64,000 nt of DNA from Camelus dromedarius. Taxonomy: Eukaryota. Within the stretch, counting starts at the first letter, position 1. Each line of letters starts with the position of its first letter. The translations under genes and the position numbers were made by a program. The stretch is taken from the NCBI RefSeq assembly GCF_036321535.1, contig NC_087437.1, positions 61,816,001 to 61,880,000 of the forward strand, read 5' to 3'. The notes beneath the pieces are model-generated. The model was not told where the DNA came from and did no database searches. It saw only the letters and a program-made list of their open reading frames with translations. Below, piece by piece: positions 52,253 to 64,000 of the stretch.

Positions 52253-52985
52253 TGTAGATACCTTTATACCGACACTTTTCATTTAACCACTCTTGTAGTG
52301 TTTGATCCAGTACCACGATGTATTTTTCAGGGGCTGTTTCATATATGACACACTTGGTTTGCTTGATAGGATCATTTTGCATCTCTTTTTTCACTAGCCC
52401 TCGGATGAACTGTATGAAAATTTGTCTGGAGCAGAGCCTTTGAAAGCTAAAAATGTCTCTCCACTAAAGAGTCTATGTGAATTAAAATAATGTTCAAAGG
52501 ATAGGCAATCTGAGATGAGAACCTTCTGCTCACAATTGAAAGTAATTAAGCACGATAAATTCAGTTTTCATTTTAAAAAATTGATTGCTCCTCATCATTG
52601 TTATTCCATTGACTCTATTACAGATAAACCTCCTAATCAAAAAGCGTATTGAACTCTTTTAACCTGAAAAGCTTACATCCAGTATTTGCTCCAAAATCAA
52701 CCTAACGGAACCAGAAAGATTAGCAAACAGAAGCATGTAGACTATCTTGTCCTCACTGTAGGTTCAAATTGGGCCTGTCCAGAGATGCTGTGTAAAAATG
52801 GTTGAGAGCCCAGACTGGGAATTAATTTTACTTTGGAGTGAAATATTTAATGCTACTGTTAAAGGTGATCTGGAATGTTCTTTCTGATGACTTGTATAAA
52901 TTTATACTGTTAATAAAAGGTGGCAAGTCTTGATCTTCGTTGCTGCCAAAGAAAAAGCACATCTGCTAAAGATTACCATCTTTTG

Positions 52986-53039
52986 CTCAATTGAGAAGCA
53001 TTTAATAATAATTTAATTTAATAATGCTTCTCAATTGAG
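52986..53039. repeat. Perfect 17-bp inverted repeat with 20-nt AT-only spacer
   Basis: CTCAATTGAGAAGCATT (52986-53002) / AATGCTTCTCAATTGAG (53023-53039). Confidence 0.95.
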
Positions 53040-53215
53040 AATAGCCAAACTTAAAATAGATTTCTAAGCCTAATATGTCCTAAAAACGGCAACTATGTAT
53101 GTATACTTGTTATACAGAATATGGTAGTTAAAATGGCAATTGTATGTATACATGTATATATGTATATATGGCAAGAAATTATGAGTGGGACACACAGAAC
53201 TGTTGTTTTCCTTAG

Positions 53216-53417
53216 ATGATGTCTCATGCTGAAGGACAACAAAGAGACTTAATTAGACGAATTGAATGCCTTCCTGCTTCTGGCCACCTTAGTTCCTTGG
53301 ACCAGGATCTCTTAATGCTCAAGGCTACTTCCATGGCAACTATGAACTGCTTAAATGACTGCTTTCATATTCTCCAGTTGCAGCATGCATCACATCAAAA
53401 AGGCTCATTGCCTTCAG
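53216..53417 (+). CDS. OSBPL11: OSBPL11 exon 6 (MMSHAEGQQRDLIRRIEC...KGSLPS)
   Basis: Acceptor ttccttag|, donor CAG|gtaagt; 202 nt; matches ORF track 53216..53446. Confidence 0.96.
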
Positions 53418-53984
53418 GTAAGTTATTGCTTAAAGGTAAGACTTAGCACTGCAGGCCAATGGAAAGGGCTAACTGCATTCTTTGTAATTCTACTCCAGAA
53501 AATCTTAATTAGAACAAAACAAAGCAAATAGAAAACCAGCAAGCCTCTTGGTTTTTAATTATCGCACTAATGTTGTATAAAGTCTTTTTTATTATGTCCA
53601 TTTTCAAATGTAAAATGATTTTTAGTCTTATATAATTTAAATATCCCTTTAGAAACCTCAGACTCACCATGTCAGAAAATGAACTCAAAACTCACATCTT
53701 CTATATTTTTATTAAAGTTGATGGCATCACTATTTCTCCATCTATCAAAGTAGAAATGTTAGAATCATTCCTTGAGTTTTGGCTTAGTCCACTAATCATT
53801 ATTTCCGGATTGAGAAATATATATTAAAGTCTGTCAGTCACCTTTCAGTTTGAAAAATAAGACATGCATCTAGTATTTGAGAACACTTAATTTGTTGAAC
53901 TTAATTTACTGAGGCAAAGAATGTTATTGCATGGGGTAACAAAAGATGAGTTTTCCAATTAAATAAGATGAATAAACTCATCAT

Positions 53985-54295
53985 TTTTAAAATTGAGATG
54001 TAATAAACATATAACATTGTGTAAGTTTAAGGTATACAATGTGTTGATTTGATACATTTATATATTGTGATATGATTACCACCAAAATGTTAGCTGATAC
54101 CTCCGTCATATCACATAACTGTCATATTTTTTGTAGTGAGAGCATTTAGGATCTAGTCTCTTAGCAACTTTGGAATATTTAATACATTATTGGTGACTGT
54201 ATTCACTATGTTGTACATTTGATCTCTGGGACTTATTCATCTTCTGGTTGCAAGTTTGTACCCTTTAACAACATCTCTCCAAACCCCTCAACCGC
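53985..54295 (-). mobile_element. L1 3' UTR fragment
   Basis: Similar to other L1 3' ends in the window. Confidence 0.75.
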
Positions 54296-55067
54296 ATCAC
54301 ATTGTATTAATAGTAGTGACCCAGTATTTCCCAGCATTCTTTGTTCTCTTATCCAGCTAACTCCCCTTGCTTGTTTTTTTTTTCCCCCTTACTTGTGAAA
54401 GAAAGATATTTTAGAAAGAAATTGAGACTTTGCTCAGGAAAAAGTTAACTACAGTCAGATCTTGATATGGATATGGTATGAATCCCATCCTGTGTGGGCC
54501 TAAATTCAGTATTTCAAGCTAACAGTAACAAGCTAATGGTAATTGTAGATATAGGTCAGGGCAGTATTACAGAGGCCAGTAAGTTATTTGTGTTGCTTTT
54601 AAGGAACTCATAGTCAGCTTGGGTAAGAAACATGTAAATAGTTAAATATAATTAATATGTAAAGTATCATTTACATGGGAACAAAGTACTGTGGGAGAAT
54701 ATATGAATGGACTAATACTTCTGATAGGAAAGTATGGGAAGGACACAGAAAAGCTAGGAAAACCAGTTAGCTTAGGGGTGGGAGGCAGGGGAAAGGGCAT
54801 TCCAGAGAGATGGAAGAGCCTAAATTGTGAGTTGAGAACATGGACTGGTGCCTCAGAGAAATTGTAAGTAGTCCAATATACATTTCTCCTATTTTAAAGC
54901 AACATACTCATAAAAAATTTAGAAATTACCATTCAATTGAAAAAAATTGTACATTATCCTACCAAACAGAAATTGCCCCTGTTAATATATTAGTACATGC
55001 CCAACCAGGCTTTTCTTTTTTTCTTAGTTTTTATTTTACCTCACTGTTGTTTGAAAATCTATGTTTG

Positions 55068-55230
55068 TAAATAGGTAAGCAACAGGACATATTGTATAGC
55101 ACAGGGAATTATAGCCATTATCTTATAATAACTTTTAGTGTAGTATGATCTATAAAAATCCTGAATCACTATGCTGTACTCCTGAAACTAATATAATATT
55201 GTAAATCAAATATACTTCAATTCAAAAAAA
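55068..55230 (+). mobile_element. Short L1 3' end
   Basis: TATAGCACAGGGAA...TATACTTCAATT followed by an A tail. Confidence 0.75.
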
Positions 55231-56871
55231 TTATTTGATTTATTCAATACTGTGTAATTTTTTAATTTCTTAGAATTTCATTGTTGTAGTTTTATAGCCA
55301 TATTTTTAAATGATTGCTTCATGATTAATGAAGTATGCACAATATAAATTTGTATTTTTTAAATTAAAATGAAACACATTGTAAACTTTACAGAATTGTT
55401 TAAAGTAAAAGATGTTCTCTCTTATCACTGTCTTTTAGAGCACAGACTTGTGAGTATTTGAGGGAATTAATTCAGTAATATTGCTATTTCTCGCAAATTG
55501 CCATGTTTTCCAAATTAGGTCTGTAGAAATTTATTCTTAAGTCACTTGAGAATGAAAATATAATTATGAAAAAACTGAATTACCTTCCCACTCAAATTTT
55601 GAGATGATCGGAGAAGTGAAATTTAAATAAAAACTAGTGTTTAGTCCCATGAGGTCTTAATGTGTGTTATACAGAGACACAGTAGTAATTATTGCTTTAG
55701 AGGGATCCCAAGACCAAATGATTGGTATGATAAAGAATTTTGGTATGGTTTCCTGTCAGTTGAGTGACCTCCTAAAACACATCTTTTAAAGTTTGGTGTT
55801 TGTGTCCATTTTAAATGCATTTTAAATGTTAAAAATAAACATTTCAAGGTAGGTGCAAAGTGGTTTCATTTCTTTGGAATTTTGCAACAGGTTCCGTTCA
55901 TTTATCTAGGGCATTACCATGACTGTGTATCCCCCCAGTGCCAAGTGAAACTTAACTAAGTAGCAAGGCAAACTGCCTGGTAGCCTGATAAGTACTTTGT
56001 AATTTATTTCTCTACTGAAGTCTGGGATTTTATTATAGACTAAGTAAATTCCATACGCCTTTTAATTTCTGCTGTAGTAGTCTGAGCATCCCTTAATGTA
56101 GCATTCTATAATCAAGCTTCTCTGCAACCTAGATCAGCCTCTGAAATCAAATGGAACACTTTCCATTATTGATTAGGCATAGAATCCACTTTGTTAAACT
56201 AGTTGAGGGTAATAAGAGACATTGAGTCATTAACTGAGAAGATGACAGGTCTCTAAATGAGACCACGGTCTTTTACTAGGTCAGCTATTATTTATTCAGT
56301 AGAAGAGCCTTTGAGTTTAAAAGTATATGGAGCTTTTTCATATGACTGGAAAAAAAAATGGACATGCATTTGCAATTCTTAAATTAGATCAAGAAAATTA
56401 TCTTGATTGGTTAGAAAGCTGCTACTGAGAAAAAGTTCAATCCCAAACTGAAGCAAATTTTACTGTTTCACAATCACAGCCTCCTCCTGTAATTGTGACT
56501 CTCTTCAGCCTAATGGTATACTTTTTATCTCTTGAGGGACATGGTTCATGCAGGAAAGACAGCAAATCAACTATTAGGCTGGGAATATACTTTCTGAGTC
56601 ACAGATTTGCCCAAGAAGTGAGTTCAGTACTGTTCAGGGTTGATTCATTTAAATGGTATCTGATTTCAAGTTACAAGTTACTCTGTAGTAAAATACCCAA
56701 TCATGATGCTTATGCTAATGAGATACAAGTCACTGTCTTGCAGAGTCTCTTAACAGGCTGAATTGCTTTTAGTCTTATAGGCTCAAGGAAAATTGTTAAA
56801 TAAAATCCACATCTGCTGAACTTTCCAGATTATGAGCAAGTTTCAGCGAAAGTTTTCTCTTACTTCATCAG

Positions 56872-57017
56872 GAACGACAATCGAGTGGTTAGAACCAAAG
56901 ATACCTTTATCAAACCACTATAAAAATGGAGCTGACCAGCCCTTTGCAACTGAGCAGAGTAAGCCAATGGCAGTCCCAGAGGAGCAGTGTGTTGCAGAAT
57001 CTGGACTATTAGCAAGG
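56872..57017 (+). CDS. OSBPL11: OSBPL11 exon 7 (GTTIEWLEPK...SGLLAR)
   Basis: Acceptor ttcatcag|, donor AGG|gtaagg; 146 nt; restores phase 0. Confidence 0.95.
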
Positions 57018-59034
57018 GTAAGGTAATGTGAAAATAAGGGTTTGGTGTAAAAATTAGTAATCATTGAAAAGTATCAGTTCTCTTTTCATTGTCAGGACAT
57101 GCAAGTCCATTTAACAAGAGCAGACTCTAGACGTTGTTCTACCTTAAAATGCATTGGCTTTGGAAGGGGTCTGCTGTATAAAATTTGTACATGTTCTGTC
57201 TTCCAGGTTAAATTATGTGCCCTTTTTAGTTTTGGTTTACCCTTGCTTGATATAAAAGTATTTAAAAATTGAAATTTACATGTTTTTCTTTTTTTGGAAA
57301 ATAGCTTTTCTAATAGAAGATTATGTACATGATATTTATCTCTTACATTTCTTTATTTAACATTATTTACTAGGTGTTTCATATTAAATTTACAAGTTTA
57401 AGAGTTTACTATTAGTTTTTCTGATAGTAAGCACTTTACCAAACCAATTTTTAAAAATTTATTCTACTTAAATGGCACACAGTTTAGGGTTTAATATTTT
57501 TAAAGTATTATTCATTCCACATTTCTCAGAAGCTGAAGAGTGTTTTCTTCTATTCATAGTTTCACCGCTGTAACAAATCATACTGGGTTTTTTTTTTGCC
57601 TTTTGAGTTCACATCTGTTACTTTTATGGTTATCATAATTACATAGATAGTTTTGTTTTAAGCTCTTTTCATTTGATACTTTCAAGGCCTATATAATTAA
57701 AGTTTTAAAAGCTTGAAGTAGGCTATTGAATGTCTAGGGTTTTTGTTATTTTTTGTCCTTATAAATAATTCTGTATCATCTTGTCTGGTTTTTTTTTTTC
57801 CTCCCCTTATTTCTTTAGGTTATATTCCCAAGTAGAATTACTGTGTCAAGAGTAATGCATAGTTTATGGTTGTTTATATATTTGCAAATTAGTTCTTTAA
57901 AGAAACGTATGACATAGGGACTTCCAAACTGGCAGGGGTTTGACTCAATGAGGCAGGCAATGGCAGCAGGGTGGGCAGGGGAAAGAAAGAAGAAGTATGA
58001 AATCCTTATTGTCTATAGCTTTATGACTAATTCATTTGTGGAGTCAAGCAGTTAGTAAATATTTATTAAGCTGTCTAGTATTTGACAAGTCCAGTGTTAA
58101 GAATTAGAGGGCATACAAAAATAGAAGACAGTTCTTTCACTGAAGAGACTAAAAATCTATTTAGAGTCACAGCACATATACACCAAAACAATGAGATGAT
58201 AATATGAAGCTGTATTTATTTTTTCATCTTAATTGCTATTGTTTAGGCTCTTGGGTTATGGGCATTCAGGGAGAGAAGAGAGATACATTGAGTAGAGAGG
58301 ATGAGGAAAGCTTGAGAGAGAAAGTGGAATTGGAATTGGGCTTTGAAAGGAGATAAGATTTGAAGAGAAGAATAGTAGTAAGGGACTCTCAAGATGGAGG
58401 AGTAACATGAGCAGAGATACTAAGGCATGTATACTTACTTACTTTGGAGAAGGCTTGCCTAATGATTTTGAACTCAGGTCCTGTCATTTACTAACGTGAA
58501 TCAATTGATTAACCACTCTTAGCTTCCTCATCTGTAAGAGAAGGGTAATAGTACCTTTTAAGATTGTTATGAAGATAAAATAAATTCAGCAGAGCTCCTG
58601 GTTTATGGCAAATGATCCCAGGGTTGTTGGATTTTACAAATCCAGATGACCATTTACACTGTGAAATAATAATCCCTGGAGCACTGCTCCACAGAATACA
58701 GTGTAAATTGTGTCCCTGAGGAAGATAAAACTCATATAGAAAAATTTAGTCTTACTGTGATAGGTAATGAGGTCTTGAGCTTGGAGAGGGATGTGATATA
58801 TTTAAAAAGATCAATATCTGGTACAACTTGGAATTAAAGTGTGTATAGAAGGCTGTGGAAGTAGCAATAAAGACAAATGAATAAATACTGTACATTTCAA
58901 GTGAAAAATCAGTTGAACTTGGTGATTGACTTGATACAGGGTTGGATCAAAGATAACTCCAAGTTTTTGAGCCTAAATGATTAAAATTGTGGTGCCATTC
59001 ACAAAGCTAGCAAAATTAGGAAGAAGGAGCTTTT

Positions 59035-59162
59035 GTTTGTTTGTTTGTTTTGAGGGGGAAGGTAATCAGGTTTTTTTTTATTTAATGGAGGTACTGGGGA
59101 TTGAACCCAGGACCTTGTGCAGGCTAAGCATGTGCTGTACCACTGAGCTATACCCTCCCCCC
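59035..59162 (-). mobile_element. tRNA-derived SINE (camelid-type)
   Basis: Reverse-complement SINE body; GAGCTTTT flanking duplication. Confidence 0.9.
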
Positions 59163-61844
59163 AGAAAGAGCTTTTTGAGAGAAAAGATTTAGTATGATTT
59201 ATGAACATGTTGAATTTTATGTGAAGAGGATATATGATTGTTAATGTATATGAAAAGCAATTGGAAATGATGAAACCAAAGCTTTGGTGCAAGAGAAAAT
59301 TTGCAAGTAAAAAATTATAAACTGTAGGTCATATACTATAATATTTTCATTTTTCTGAATGAGAGTATAAAGCATGTTGGAAATCAGGATAGAGGCATAT
59401 GTTAGAGATGGGGCACAGAGGTGGGAAGGAGAGGACTGGTGAATTACCAAATCTTTTGAAATGGTGAGTAGACCAATATATCACCTAGTGCAAGTACAAG
59501 AAAAATAAGTGCATAGATTTTTTTTTCAGTTACTAAAGACATTATACTCCACTCAAGCATACCAGAAAAGACCTGAATTGTTTTTGAAAAGTTAACATAT
59601 GCTTTCTTTGGAATACGAATTTTAATGCAAACTGGAAATGTTTATTACAATAGTGGAGATTTCACTGTCAGATGATAGAGGAGGTAAACCCCAATGAGGT
59701 TAGAATGAAGCCCACAATTCCTTAGTGCCCAAGTCAGGGATTAGGAGGACAAAAAATGGAGTTAGTATGAGTTTTTTGGAATATTGGGGTTTCCCCTTGC
59801 CATGTAATCTCCGGATAGTATGAATTCCCAGAAATTCAACAGCTCTTGCAACTTTATTTGCTAACCATCCTGGGTTTGTAGGGGTTTTGTACATTTGAGC
59901 ATGTTTACTTGAATTTTGGTAATGCTTTTTTTTACCTTAAGCTTTTCTTTAAAAAAGACATGATGATCTCTGAGAAGCATTTCAAAAAGGAAAGAGAGCT
60001 TCCAAATTCTTCCATTCACATCAGGCTTTATAATCAGTATTTAATTGTGAATAGAATTCCTTTTTTTTTTTTTTTCCTGTTCGAATAAGTGATTTGAATA
60101 TTTTTATAGAAACAACAAAAACTGTATTCTTTTAAATAGTTTTTCTACCAGATTATGTTTTATCTCTTTGGTTTAATGTTATTTTCATTAGAGGAAACCA
60201 CAAAGTAAACTTTGTATTATATAATAATATTAAGGCTATATTTGCATTATTAATCTGTGTCCTAGGTTCTGACCTCATATGTAATGAAAGCTTTCAGAAG
60301 GTTGGAGAACATTATTTAATCGGGACCTATTAGGTTTTTTTTCCTCAACATTTCTCAAATGAAAAATTATTATTTTTGATATTCATATATAGAGAGGGGG
60401 GATAATTCAGTTTTTCCCCTTGTTTTATGATGAGTAAACACTCATAAGTGTACTTAAACTATATTGTGCAACTGATTTAGGGTAGATAACAGGAAATACC
60501 TCCTACCGACTTACTAGCCTTTGAAAAGGAATTGAGAAACTTACCTTTGGGATCTCTCCTCAAGGTCATAAAAACAGAAGCAATTCTGATATACACAAAC
60601 AATAGTTGTGTTTGGTCTTTGAAGAAATAAACTAGACCATTAATTTATTTATCAGAATGTGAGCTGATAAAGATTTCCTTGGTAGAAGGGAACAGGAAAA
60701 AGGAGAAAAACAGAGGCAAAAGAATGACCAGAAACCCATTATTCTTTAATTCTGTCACCATGTTTTATACTTCGCTTTTAATGTTTTGAGAACATTAAAT
60801 TCTTGATTTTGTGCCTGATTAGGGTTGGTTTTCTTTGCCTAGCTACTATATAGAACAGACAGGCTTCTTATTTGATAGGAAGAGAAAATTAAAGGCAGAG
60901 ACATTAACAAAATCATTTCCTTTTAAAACCCTCATAACTTAAAATTTAACACAATAACAAAGATAATATACTCATATAAATCTCTCTTGCACAAAGAGGT
61001 ACCACTGAGAAAGATGGGACACCATCCCCACATAAACATGTAAAGTGGTATCTGATAAGGTTATAGAATCTTGGGATTTGAAACTGTTGTTCGTTGTTTA
61101 CATAGAAATAAATAAGAAATTAAGTTTCTCTTAATCAGTTATCTGGAGCTAAGACCCTGTGGAGATGAGAGTAAACATTTTTGGTTTTTCAAGGGGTTGT
61201 ATTATTGATTGATTGAAGAACTGTGCAGAGAACTTTTTGTGGCATTAAGACTGCATAAGCAACTACCGGGTTTCCATACCTGCACCTAGAAGTCTCTTCA
61301 ACCCCAGTTTCTTTCTGACAACTCTAAGAATGAGTGAATATCTAAATATAGATTACAGAAGTTAGACTTGGCATGTCCAGTCACTGTAAAATTTTACCTT
61401 TATAGCTTTATAGTTTTAGCTTAAACATAGGGCAAATACTTAATTCTCAAAACACCTTGAACTTAAATTATAGGTAGTGGTAGAGTCCCCAGGTAAGTGG
61501 TCAAAGCCTGCAAAGCCTAAGATTCAGATGAGACATTTTTCACTCTTTCTGAAAAATTTTGTTTTCATAAAATATATGGACTTTATGTGCGATATATATG
61601 GCAAAACCACAGTATGTTCAATGTCAGTGATAATGGGTTCATTGAAGGAAATCGGTTCCATGGCCAAGTGATGGCAGTTACATTTTCAGAAAGGTTTGTG
61701 TCTGTTCTCAGATTCATTTAAGCCCAATATAAATGTCTTTGTCTGACGTTTATACTTTTATTCTTAATGGATATTAAGAAGCACATGTAATAATGGATAT
61801 TAATAAGCACGTTTAACGATAGACTTGCTTTGTGTTACATCAAG

Positions 61845-61985
61845 GAACCTGAAGAAATAAATGCAGATGATGAGGTGAAGGACACTTGTGACAACAAGGA
61901 GGATGACCTGGGAGCTGTGGAAGAGCAACGCAGTGTTATCCTCCATCTCTTGTCACAGCTCAAGCTGGGCATGGATTTAACAAGA
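61845..61985 (+). CDS. OSBPL11: OSBPL11 exon 8 (EPEEINADDE...LKLGMDLTR), start of oxysterol-binding domain; gene continues beyond the window
   Basis: Acceptor catcaag|, donor AGA|gtaagt; 141 nt; ORD motif LLSQLKLGMDLTR. Confidence 0.95.
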
Positions 61986-62333
61986 GTAAGTAATGGGATA
62001 AACTGTCTATAGAGGTCATTAAGTCAGGACTATACCATTAAGTGTTCAATGTTGCCAGGGCTTTTTAACCTTTCAGAATTGGTTTCTTAGTCTCTTGGTC
62101 ATTTCTTATTTTCATAAAAAAATGTAATGGTTTTTTGGTGTAGCATTAAGTCACATGGCACATAAAGACCTACAGTCTTCTTGTTCCTGTACAAAATAAA
62201 AGGGGCCCAATGGGATACAGAACTGGAAATCCTAAAGAAAAGGATACAGTCCCACAAAACCATGGAAGTCATTGATACTTCTACTTTACTCCTACTTCCC
62301 ACGTTGGGTAGTGCATTTTGGTATTACCTGTAA

Positions 62334-63241
62334 CAGAGGTCAGCAAACATTTTCTGTAAAGGACCAGATAGTAAATATTTTTAGCTCTGTGGGCATAGGT
62401 CTTTGTTAGAACTACAGGTGACCCTTGAATAATGCAAGGGTTAGGGGCACCAACCCCCCACGCATACCTTATGTTTACATGGTCTGCTTACAAGATGAAT
62501 CATCTGTCTGTCAGTACCTACCTCAGTATTGTCTTACATAATACAAACACTGTAGCTGTTATATGTATTACTAACACTTGACATCAAAAATGAGAAGATA
62601 ATGTGAAAAAAATTCTTATTTATTTACAGGTATAATGATTCGTGCATTGATAATGAAGAAACAGCAACATGATTGCTTTATGATAGCTTAGTGTAATCGG
62701 CTTCGTGGTAGCCTAGCCCATACACTAATGAATAGTTATAAAATTTTTATGGCATACAGTATTATAATCATATTCAGAATATAAAATTGGAAACATTATT
62801 ATATTGAAAAAATGACATACCTGTGATGATTTGCAGTTTTTCACATGAGAGAGGCATACTGTACGGTAATGTAATTCTGGTAATGTAATTCTTTGAAAGC
62901 AAAGTTATAAAACAGTAAGAAAACTAACATATTATTAATTTTATACTAAATATCACTCACCTCACCCCTTTGTAAGGATAGACTATCCACTTCAATACAA
63001 GTCTTGCACATGATGTTCTACATGTATATTTTTTGTATGTTTATTGGAAAAAATCCACATATAAGTAGACCTGCAATTCAAACCCATATTGTTTAAGGAT
63101 CAACACTACTTAACCCAGCTTTGTATTATGAAAGCGGCCATAGATAATATGTTGGATAGGCATGGATGTGTTCCAACAAAACATTATTTATACAAATAGG
63201 AGGCCAGATTTGGCCTAAAGGCCATAGTCTGCAAACCCCTG
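62334..63241. mobile_element. MER58-like hAT element interrupted by a Tigger2-like element (62415-63106)
   Basis: Outer termini CAGAGGTCAGCAAAC / GCAAACCCCTG; inner TIR-like CAGGTGACCCTTGAA / TTTAAGGATCAAC flanked by TA. Confidence 0.7.
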
Positions 63242-63247
63242 GTCTAC

Positions 63248-63572
63248 AGGCTTGCTACTTTAAAAATGTGGTCTGAATTAACTTGATGGTTTGAGTCCTT
63301 TCACTATATATGTGTATATCAAATCACTACAAGTACACTTTAAATATCTTACATTTTTTGTCAATTATGCCTCATTAAAACTGAAAGAAGAAAAAAAAAG
63401 TGGTTGGAAGATCAGTAACATCTCTATCACCTGAGAACTTGTTAGAAATGTGTAATCTCAGCCCCTAATCTCAAAGTTAGAGAACCAGAATCTGCATTTC
63501 AGTAAGACTCCCGTGTGGTTTATGTATATACGCACACACACATACACTCACATTAAAGTTTAAGAAGCACTG
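63248..63572. mobile_element. MER5A-like relic containing a short L1 3' end
   Basis: CTTGTTAGAAATG...AGAATCTGCATTT...AAGTTTAAGAAGCACTG. Confidence 0.65.
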
Positions 63573-64000
63573 ATCTATACTTTTAGTTTTAGGCCAGTCT
63601 TCCGCATTCCCAGTTTATCTGTAATTAGTGTGCCTTAATTTATTTAAACAATCCATGACACTGATTTAAAAAACCAAGGAATTTCTAGACCTATGTATGT
63701 CAAACATTTAGTACTGTGGGACTATATACTTTGAATTACTGCTGACACTATTTTGCATTAATGTGGGATTTCAAAATTGACTTCAGGAGGTATATTTCAA
63801 ATTGAGGTTTTTGATGCCAGCAAAGGTAGTGAAGTGTAAATTAAAAGGTTGTTTGATTCCAATGAATTACACACCTGAAAATGTAACTTAAACAGAAAGC
63901 ATTTTGCCTTTAACATTCACTTTGAGGCATTTCAAAATCAAAAACACACTTCTTTCTTTTAGAATTGGAGTGATTATAGGAGGATTTTTAAGTAAATTGA

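Overview
Mammalian genomic DNA, most likely camelid, inferred from tRNA-derived SINEs that look camelid-type. The dominant feature is the 5' half of OSBPL11 on the + strand: a CpG-island promoter at about 17.0-17.7 kb and coding exons 1-8 (17992-61985). These give 390 codons covering the PH domain, linker and start of the oxysterol-binding domain, with canonical GT-AG junctions and consistent phases. A full-length RPL32 processed pseudogene with a perfect 15-bp target-site duplication (TSD) lies about 1 kb upstream. The introns are mostly L1, L2, MIR, MaLR/ERVL and hAT/Tigger relics. The most interesting signal is in the 14 kb upstream. A decayed multi-exon gene on the - strand (about 14175 to 7585) is head-to-head with OSBPL11, and its exon remnants resemble, by recall only, the ZP-N secreted protein CIROZ/C1orf127. 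A second, unidentified decayed spliced gene may lie on the + strand (about 1964 to 7332), converging on the first. Both pseudogene calls come from manual reading and need tblastn or HMM confirmation. Repeat family names are from recall and repeat boundaries are approximate unless a TSD is given.
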